The notes below the pieces were generated by a model. That model had not been told where the DNA came from. It worked only from the letters and a program-made list of their open reading frames with translations, and made no database searches. This document shows positions 57,421-64,000 of a DNA stretch of 64,000 nt, piece after piece (within the stretch, counting starts at the first letter, position 1; every line of letters begins with the position of its first letter). The position numbers and the translations under genes were made by a program. The stretch is taken from assembly GCA_963701185.1 (NCBI GenBank), contig OY969569.1, positions 447,054 to 511,053 on the forward strand, given 5' to 3'. The DNA is from Candidatus Gottesmanbacteria bacterium. GTDB taxonomy: Bacteria > Patescibacteriota > Microgenomatia > UBA10105 > UBA927.

Positions 57421-57822
57421 TCACGATCCCGCCCACGTATCGGAAATTTCGACGATTGTTCCGCAAAATAGGTAGCCGACTTCGTCCTCGCCCACCTGAC
57501 TTATCATTGCATGTTCACTATTAGTTTCCAAAGGAGCTAATCCTTCAACTAAATTTAATTTCACGGAAATTCTTTTATCTTTTGTTCCGGGGTATGTTGT
57601 AGCTATCGTTTGACCAAAACTTATTGTATCAACAAAATCCGTATCGACGTGCTCGTGTCCTATCACATCCTGACCGACTCGAAAAATTGGATTGCTCCCC
57701 CCGCGTATGACGCGCCAAATTCCCTGAGGCTGTTCACCAAATGATCCATAATTAAAATGGTGTGCACGAACCTTCGCGAAAGGACCTGAAAATTTTTCCC
57801 CCTGTTGTTCTACTCTTAACAT
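57421..57822 (-). CDS. hypothetical protein
   Basis: 133-aa ORF. Confidence 0.35.
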   Translation of the reverse strand: MLRVEQQGEKFSGPFAKVRAHHFNYGSFGEQPQGIWRVIRGGSNPIFRVGQDVIGHEHVDTDFVDTISFGQTIATTYPGTKDKRISVKLNLVEGLAPLETNSEHAMISQVGEDEVGYLFCGTIVEISDTWAGS

Positions 57823-57862
57823 AGGCCTCTATTATACTCTTCTTGTCAATTTATGCCATCGG

Positions 57863-59191
57863 TTATGGCAGGGGAAACCGGGCGGTGAGGGTTTTGATAT
57901 CCACGCGGATGTTCGCTAAAGTTTTATTTTTGGCGACAGACTGCCGGAATTTTTTGAGGTACACAACGCGCTCTTCTTTGGTTCCCGGCAATCGGGAATC
58001 AGATACTTCTGCGATTGCCGTGGCGATCCATTTGCCGATAATCTTCATTTCGTTCATTCCCATTCCCCGCGTGGTAAGAGCGGGCGTCCCCAGACGGATG
58101 CCGGAAGGATAAAAAGGGCTGCCCGGGTCTTTCGGAACCGTATTTTTGTTCGCCGTAATGCCGGCCGCCTCTAACGCAACCTGGGCAAATATGCCGCCGC
58201 CGGCGCCGAATGTGGGAACGAGATCCAGCAAAATCAAATGATTCTCCGTCCCGTCGCCGACTAACTTCAATCCGTTTGCTTTAAGAGTTTGGGCCAAGGC
58301 TTTGGCATTCTTCACAATCTGAACCCCATATTTTTTGAATGCCGCGGTTGAAGCTTCTTTGAGTGCCACGGCAATGGCGCCGGTCTGGTGGTCATGCGGC
58401 CCGCCCTGCAGACCCGGAAATACCGCACGGTCCACTTTGTCTCCCAACTCGGGATCTTTTTTGAGCCCCGCGTGGGTGACCATAATGATGCCGCCGCGCG
58501 GGCCGCGCAGTGTTTTGTGGGTTGTCGAAGTGACGATATGGGCATAGGGAAACGGGCTGGTGTGGACGCCGGCGATAATAAGGCCGATGACGTGGGCCAC
58601 GTCCGACGCCAGATATGCACCCACGGAATTTGCTATTTCCGCGAATTTTTCAAATTCGTATTGGTAGACGTAGGCTGTCGCACCGGTCCAAATTAATTTA
58701 GGTCTGTGCTCGCGGGCGAGCCGCCATACTTCATCAATATCCACATGTCCGTCGGCAGTGACATGGTACGGGATGCTTTTGTAAAACATGGCGGTTGCCG
58801 ACACTTTCCACCCGTGGGTCAGGTGCCCGCCGTCGGTGAGATTTAATCCCATGATGGTATCCCCGGGCCTGCAGGTAGCAAGATACACCGCCAAATTTGC
58901 CGGTGAACCGGAATACGGCTGGACGTTGACATAGGGGACGTTGAACAATTTTTTTGCCCTGTTTTGTGCTAACAGTTCTATCTCATCGATAAATTCGTTC
59001 CCCCCGTAATACCGCTTACGCGGATACCCCTCGGAATATTTATTAGTGAGAATCGATCCCATGGCCTCGCGTACTGCGGCCGACACATAATTCTCCGACG
59101 GAATCATTTCCAGGCCTTCTTTCTGGCGTTTTGCTTCCGCATCAATAAGTTTCGCAACCTCGGAATCGTGACTCGTGAGGATCATGCACAA
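57863..59191 (-). CDS. glyA: serine hydroxymethyltransferase
   Basis: TTHKTLRGPRGG PLP-Lys region. Confidence 0.9.
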   Translation of the reverse strand: MCMILTSHDSEVAKLIDAEAKRQKEGLEMIPSENYVSAAVREAMGSILTNKYSEGYPRKRYYGGNEFIDEIELLAQNRAKKLFNVPYVNVQPYSGSPANLAVYLATCRPGDTIMGLNLTDGGHLTHGWKVSATAMFYKSIPYHVTADGHVDIDEVWRLAREHRPKLIWTGATAYVYQYEFEKFAEIANSVGAYLASDVAHVIGLIIAGVHTSPFPYAHIVTSTTHKTLRGPRGGIIMVTHAGLKKDPELGDKVDRAVFPGLQGGPHDHQTGAIAVALKEASTAAFKKYGVQIVKNAKALAQTLKANGLKLVGDGTENHLILLDLVPTFGAGGGIFAQVALEAAGITANKNTVPKDPGSPFYPSGIRLGTPALTTRGMGMNEMKIIGKWIATAIAEVSDSRLPGTKEERVVYLKKFRQSVAKNKTLANIRVDIKTLTARFPLP

Positions 59192-59220
59192 AGAATACGA
59201 AATTTCTGCATGAAGTGCAA

Positions 59221-59562
59221 CTAGCGAAAATCATGACACGCTTTCAACAGTAAACTCCTATGACAACGGGTCGCAGACTTTTCCCAACACAACAGAGTAA
59301 TGTTTGTAGTTTTTGAAAGATCAACCAACATGCGGATCAGACGTTTGTTTTTATCTATCACGCGGTTTTGATAGAACGGTACAAACTCGTTCCAGGTAAT
59401 TTTTTTGTCAATCACGTATTTTTTTAATAACGATTCCGGCGGAGCCAGTCGCGGAATCCATATATCGAAATCATATTCAGGACGAATTCGACGCATCACA
59501 CATATGCGAATTCCATCAGTTCTGCTTTTAAGTTTTTGCAGTGATTTTGTACGTACATTCAT
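59221..59562 (-). CDS. DUF488-family protein
   Basis: IWIPRLAPPESLLKKY...W.EF...Y...LLCWEKSATRCHRSLL. Confidence 0.6.
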   Translation of the reverse strand: MNVRTKSLQKLKSRTDGIRICVMRRIRPEYDFDIWIPRLAPPESLLKKYVIDKKITWNEFVPFYQNRVIDKNKRLIRMLVDLSKTTNITLLCWEKSATRCHRSLLLKACHDFR

Positions 59563-59563
59563 A

Positions 59564-60367
59564 TTATGACCGCTGCAGACTTTCCCCCGTTACTTTATCA
59601 AGCCATGGCCAACCATTGATGGTCACGTGGATATCCTCTCCCCATAATGCCGGTGCAAAGCCTATGGCTGCCGTAAATACCGCCTTTTTGAATGCAGGAA
59701 TAAAATGTTCGTCATCAACCGGAATATGATCGACAGAATAAACAGCCCCTAATCGCATCAACACCGGAAGTGACAGACCTGCCGAAAGATCAGTAACTGT
59801 TGTCGGAGGAAAATTTTCCTCCCGATATGCCGAACTGACATAAAACCTTTTTAATGCATTATTATAGAGAGAAAATCCGCGATCTGTTGCAAAAAATGCC
59901 ACCGCATGCGGATCCAATTCGATCACGCTGTATCTTTTGGCGTGTTCCCTAACATTCAGAGCTGTTAAATGAGACCCCGATGCAGATTCAACCATATAAA
60001 TCGGCGGCATTTTCGTTTTTTTCGAAGCTCGCGCCATTGAAACAAACGTTTCTTGTACGCTTGTTTCGTCAACCGGCTTTCCCCGGCTAATTAAACCAAC
60101 CCGTTTACCATTATCAGTCAAACAAACTGTCGCAGTTCGGGTATCTGCCGCAAGAACCATAACCGATTCCGTCGACTGGCTTAAAAACTGAGCAAGGACA
60201 TAGTTAATTTTCCCATGCATCACATCAATGACATTCGGGATATCAGGTTCTTCGCCGCCGGGATAAGAATCTATCGTTATATCCGCAAATTCATGACGCA
60301 AAAAGGCTTGCCTCCGACGGTTTTGTCCTGCATAGACAACGCGATTTATTTCCGGACTTAATCCCAT
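59564..60367 (-). CDS. hypothetical protein
   Basis: The ORF track begins at a TTG; the first ATG (MGLSPE) is at 60367. Confidence 0.4.
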   Translation of the reverse strand: MGLSPEINRVVYAGQNRRRQAFLRHEFADITIDSYPGGEEPDIPNVIDVMHGKINYVLAQFLSQSTESVMVLAADTRTATVCLTDNGKRVGLISRGKPVDETSVQETFVSMARASKKTKMPPIYMVESASGSHLTALNVREHAKRYSVIELDPHAVAFFATDRGFSLYNNALKRFYVSSAYREENFPPTTVTDLSAGLSLPVLMRLGAVYSVDHIPVDDEHFIPAFKKAVFTAAIGFAPALWGEDIHVTINGWPWLDKVTGESLQRS

Positions 60368-60374
60368 AAAACGC

Positions 60375-60396
60375 AAAAAAGCCCGCTACGGGGCTT
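60375..60396 (-). terminator. Candidate intrinsic terminator (minus strand): GC hairpin AGCCCCGTAGCGGGCT followed by a T-run
   Basis: Plus strand reads AAAAAAGCCCGCTACGGGGCT; imperfect stem with one bulge. Confidence 0.35.
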
Positions 60397-60559
60397 CAGA
60401 AATTAATAAAACGAGTACGATGTTTATGTTTTTTCATTTGGTGTCCTACTCCCGGCGGCGGCGCCGGAATGGCGTTACTTGAGAAAAAAACAAAAGGCGC
60501 TTGAAAAAAGCTTTCTTTTTCATGCGCTTTTTGCCAGTGTACCAAATCTATTTGATAAG

Positions 60560-61162
60560 TCAAGAAGCATTTACCGGGAGTTTCGCTATACGTATCGGTT
60601 TTCCTTTTTCATCAAACTCTATTTTGAACCCCGATGCCTGCGGTACATACCGGTGATCGTACGGGAAGCATCTCGGCAACGGTTTGCCGCTATACCGCGT
60701 CGCAACACTCATAATGGGATCACCGTGTGATACCATGACGATCTGTTTTCCTGCATGTAAACGCGCTCTGCTTTTGACGCACCGGTCCATGCGCGCGTAT
60801 ATTGCCTCAAGCCGTTCCCCGCCTGCCCGGATATACTTCGGATGGTAAAAATCCGAGTCGATGTTGTCAATACATGCCTTCGGCTTTCCCTGCAGGGGCG
60901 TCCGAATATCCAGGAGCCGCCGGTCAGTTCGGACTTTCTTCCTGAATTTTTTTGCAATTATTTCTGCCGTTTGATACGCGCGCGTGAGCCGGCTGCTGTA
61001 TATGACCGTGATGGGTTTACTAGCCAAAAAAAACGCAATTTTTTCCGCCTGCCGTTTTCCTTCCGTTGATAACGGAAACCCCGGAAGCCTTCCGTGCAAA
61101 ATAGCTTTCGGATTTTCGTACGCCCCGTGGCGGATGAGATACACAATCGTTTTCATTACCAC
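60560..61162 (-). CDS. histidine phosphatase (phosphoglycerate-mutase-like) family protein
   Basis: VYLIRHGAYEN...RLPGFPLSTEGKRQA. Confidence 0.75.
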   Translation of the reverse strand: MVMKTIVYLIRHGAYENPKAILHGRLPGFPLSTEGKRQAEKIAFFLASKPITVIYSSRLTRAYQTAEIIAKKFRKKVRTDRRLLDIRTPLQGKPKACIDNIDSDFYHPKYIRAGGERLEAIYARMDRCVKSRARLHAGKQIVMVSHGDPIMSVATRYSGKPLPRCFPYDHRYVPQASGFKIEFDEKGKPIRIAKLPVNAS

Positions 61163-61905
61163 CCTTTCTCCCGCTGCACGCGCCCTTCCCCGTTCAATCT
61201 CGGATAAAAAAATGTCCGATACCGCTCATCAACCGACTCCATGAGAGCGTATATATCATGACCGCTATTTTCCAATTTTGTATACCGATTCCCGAAAGCC
61301 AACCTATCCCACAAGGTAAACGTTCCCCCTTTATTTGGAAATTCACGCATCATGATTTCCAGCGGAATAGTATATGTTGGACGTTCATCATTACGTTGTA
61401 TTCGTACGCTGTCCGCGGCAACAATCTCCTGAATAAGCGCATGTGGTAATAATCCTCTGCGTAACAGCTGTTCCCGGTTCCATTGCGGGCTATGGATAAC
61501 CGGCTCTTTGCCGTCCCCAAAGGAGTCATTTACTCCCGGAGTAATTTCTGCCACCATCGTATCTTTCGGACCTGAATTTCGAAGAAATTCCTCGAGTTCA
61601 TTAAAATACACTCCATGCCCTGAATTTAATCCGTTGCCGTCTAAAAAACTAATGCGCAGCCGGCCTACCGGGGCATCCGGATTATGAACAATAGAATGCT
61701 CGCCGACAACTGCACCTTCAGGAGTTCTCCGAGACGGATCATGAAGGAATCGCGAAACGTCCGCCCATACTGCTTTGTCTAATGGCAATTTATCATCCAT
61801 AAAGTAGGGGGTGAAACCATTTTCCATGAGTAACTCCTCCATTTTGTGGCTTACTAACGTCTTACCCGATCCCGGAAGGCCGTAATTAAACAGTATTTTA
61901 ATCAT
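61156..61905 (-). CDS. P-loop NTPase, kinase-like, unknown specificity
   Basis: Walker A GLPGSGKT; 249 aa. Confidence 0.45.
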   Translation of the reverse strand: MIKILFNYGLPGSGKTLVSHKMEELLMENGFTPYFMDDKLPLDKAVWADVSRFLHDPSRRTPEGAVVGEHSIVHNPDAPVGRLRISFLDGNGLNSGHGVYFNELEEFLRNSGPKDTMVAEITPGVNDSFGDGKEPVIHSPQWNREQLLRRGLLPHALIQEIVAADSVRIQRNDERPTYTIPLEIMMREFPNKGGTFTLWDRLAFGNRYTKLENSGHDIYALMESVDERYRTFFYPRLNGEGRVQREKGW

Positions 61906-61938
61906 CGCATCTCCTTCCGGTGAAGAGAATAATATTTT

Positions 61939-62694
61939 TCATCTTTCCAAACGGAACGGTTCTTGTGTTCGTCCTTCCGGTGATATTTTACCCCCTTCTC
62001 CGCGGATATACGGAACAATCCGTTCCGCTACGATTTTTTCCGCTTCACGGAGAAATATATCCCGATCATTTGTTTCGTTGCGGAAAAGAATATACCTGTC
62101 TCCCAAACCGTGCCGTATCTTCCAAAATTCACCCGCATCAGTTGCAGCCACGGCAAAAATATCATCCGGTACGGGATTTTTCCTTTCCTTATTTCTCTGA
62201 CTCCGGATATCGAACGGAGCTTCCATTTCAATAACGAGAATGTGTTCTGTTATGCATTCATCATGAAATAATTTAAGAAAATGCTCGCCCGATTGCCGAA
62301 GAAGCGGCTTCCCTTTCGTTATCTCAACATCCGGGCCGATGCCGATTTCAAGGACCTGTAGCGACGGCTGACTTTTATGCCGGATACTCTGAACCATCGC
62401 CCTATGAGCAATGCCGTGGAGCGTGCCGTCTTTCACGCCGAACTCCCTGGATCCCGATTCCGCGTGAGGTTTATAGAGAGTGCTATACACTCCGACTCTT
62501 CCTTTTTCCGGGGCTCCGGCGCTCAAAACATCCCGGATAACTTCTTCTTCAATAAATATTCTGTCGCTTGAAAAATTGAGGGGAACCCGTATTGATTCTT
62601 CCTGAGGCAAACGGGTTTTTAAAAACTGCGTAAAATCCGTTTTTCCGGCACCATACTTTCCCAACACGAATAATGCTTGGATTGGGTAATTCAT
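61939..62694 (-). CDS. P-loop NTPase, kinase-like, unknown specificity
   Basis: Walker A GKYGAGKT; 251 aa. Confidence 0.45.
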   Translation of the reverse strand: MNYPIQALFVLGKYGAGKTDFTQFLKTRLPQEESIRVPLNFSSDRIFIEEEVIRDVLSAGAPEKGRVGVYSTLYKPHAESGSREFGVKDGTLHGIAHRAMVQSIRHKSQPSLQVLEIGIGPDVEITKGKPLLRQSGEHFLKLFHDECITEHILVIEMEAPFDIRSQRNKERKNPVPDDIFAVAATDAGEFWKIRHGLGDRYILFRNETNDRDIFLREAEKIVAERIVPYIRGEGGKISPEGRTQEPFRLER

Positions 62695-63278
62695 CCCTTA
62701 TAAATTTTGTGGCAGGAGGAACAGACGGCTATATATTTGGCTGAGACTTTACCACGTGTCCCTACGGACAACTGCGTGGTTCCGGCGATGCGCTCGGTAT
62801 GCGCGGCTTTTCCCCCGCATTTGACGCAGATACTAAATTGTTCAATACATTCGTCTGCCATCTTCATGAGTGTTTTTGTCGCTCCGTATTCCTTCTTCCG
62901 ATAATCGTAGATAAGACCGTTCACATAGACGTCAATCCCCGACTCCTGTAATTTTTTGACGACCGCGATGCATTCCTGCTTCGGGAAAAAATGCACGGCG
63001 TCGATAATCACTTTTTTAATCCCCTGCCCGCCGACGTACTCCAGAATTTTCCCGGGTTTTTTCATGTCGATGTAGATAACCGGCAGCGGCCGTTCGTCGT
63101 GCGATGTGGTATGCCCCATGCCTCCGTTTGAAACCGCTTCTGCTTTGAAACAAAGCGTGCTAAAACCTACATTGGACAAAACGGTAAACAGCGTGAGAAG
63201 TTTTGTTGTTTTTCCGGCAAACATGGGTCCGGCAATCACCGTCAACCTGCCTTTTGTCGAAGTTTTACTCTTTGCCAT
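62691..63278 (-). CDS. tdk: thymidine kinase
   Basis: GPMFAGKTT, C-terminal Zn ribbon CVKCG...CSSCH. Confidence 0.9.
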   Translation of the reverse strand: MAKSKTSTKGRLTVIAGPMFAGKTTKLLTLFTVLSNVGFSTLCFKAEAVSNGGMGHTTSHDERPLPVIYIDMKKPGKILEYVGGQGIKKVIIDAVHFFPKQECIAVVKKLQESGIDVYVNGLIYDYRKKEYGATKTLMKMADECIEQFSICVKCGGKAAHTERIAGTTQLSVGTRGKVSAKYIAVCSSCHKIYKG

Positions 63279-63909
63279 GTCGTTTATTCAAAATATTTAT
63301 TACGATCTTCCAAATAGAAGACGCGACGTCTTGGAGAGATTTTGCCGCGTCCACAACAACATACCGCGACGGATTATTTTTTGCAAGAGTCAAATATCCC
63401 GCGCGTACCCGCTCGTAAAAATCCTTTTGCTGCATATCCAGCCGGTCTTTTTGTTTGGTGCTTTTTCCTAATCGGGCAAGCCCTACGGAGGGGGGCGCAT
63501 CGAGAAGAATCACCATATCTGCTTTCACGCCGTTGACCGCCAACTCGTTAAGCGCTGTAATTTCTTCAGCTCCCAAATTTCTCCCGTATCCCTGATAGGC
63601 AATACTTGAGTCCACAAACCGGTCCGAAATGACAATTTTTCCCTCTGCGAGCGCCGGCGCAATCGTCTCGCGGACATGCTGGGCGCGCGATGCGGCCATG
63701 AGATACGCCTCCGCGACCGGATCCAAATCCACGTTTGCCCTGTCGTGTGTGATGACGCGGATTTGCTCGCCGATCCGTGTTCCGCCCGGCTCGCGCGTCA
63801 CCACGACGTTCATGCCTCTGTCGCGCAGCCGGTTTGCCAGCATCTGAACCTGAACGGACTTCCCCGCTCCTTCACCGCCCTCAAATACGATAAACAGGCC
63901 GCGTTTCAT
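63265..63909 (-). CDS. tmk: thymidylate kinase
   Basis: FIVFEGGEGAGKS, DRF motif. Confidence 0.9.
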   Translation of the reverse strand: MKRGLFIVFEGGEGAGKSVQVQMLANRLRDRGMNVVVTREPGGTRIGEQIRVITHDRANVDLDPVAEAYLMAASRAQHVRETIAPALAEGKIVISDRFVDSSIAYQGYGRNLGAEEITALNELAVNGVKADMVILLDAPPSVGLARLGKSTKQKDRLDMQQKDFYERVRAGYLTLAKNNPSRYVVVDAAKSLQDVASSIWKIVINILNKRHGKE

Positions 63910-64000
63910 ACAAAAATCATCCTAATGAAAAATGGGATAAAGTGCAAGCGGAGAAATAATATCTTATCGTGTTAACACGGTGATATATTTATGAATATCA

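Noticed and set aside
60479-60730. 83-aa plus-strand ORF between the histidine phosphatase and the unknown gene
   Set aside because: It overlaps the 3' end of the histidine phosphatase gene on the opposite strand and has an odd Phe/Arg-rich composition. The region is better explained as the phosphatase 3' end plus the terminator hairpin.

Overview
This 64-kb window reads as a compact, gene-dense bacterial chromosome segment with about 75 CDS and one tRNA-Leu(CAA). Several features make me guess a reduced-genome lineage such as Patescibacteria/CPR: short genes with overlapping stop/start codons, an archaeal-type ProRS, a short EF-Ts, and nucleoside-salvage genes. That lineage call is inference only. 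The housekeeping backbone covers four areas.
- Translation: rpmE, an RF1-like factor, rpsR, rpsF, ssb, rpsU, rpsB, tsf, frr, hisS, cysS, proS and ychF.
- Replication and repair: dnaB, dnaX, ybaB, recR and a Xer-family recombinase.
- Folate and one-carbon metabolism: folD, a 5-FCL ligase, thyA, folA, glyA and ahcY.
- Nucleotide metabolism: prs, tdk and tmk.
Seven features stand out from that backbone.
1. A perfect 28-bp palindrome (TGTTTTAATGTTTTAAAACATTAAAACA) occurs four times. Two copies sit 8 and 13 nt upstream of minus-strand start codons. Two copies with conserved flanks bracket a roughly 750-bp cassette-like segment.
2. That segment holds a diverged chimeric duplication. It fuses the tgt 5' end to a neighbouring gene's 3' end and carries a duplicated TTGACA/TAGAxT promoter.
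3. A small MITE-like palindromic element (GATTCCCGC-N4-GCGGGAATGACA) is inserted in-frame inside tgt and inside an RluA-family gene. A third copy is intergenic.
4. A roughly 1-kb ORF-free region contains four tandem degenerate ~88-bp repeats.
5. A candidate RiPP-like cluster runs YerC/TrpR-like regulator, palindromic operator, 27-29 aa peptide ORF, radical SAM/SPASM enzyme.
6. A convergent ATP-grasp / C39-like peptidase pair is present.
7. A minimal nucleotidyltransferase has a 46-aa partner ORF that overlaps it by ATGA.
There is no CRISPR array, rRNA or intact prophage.
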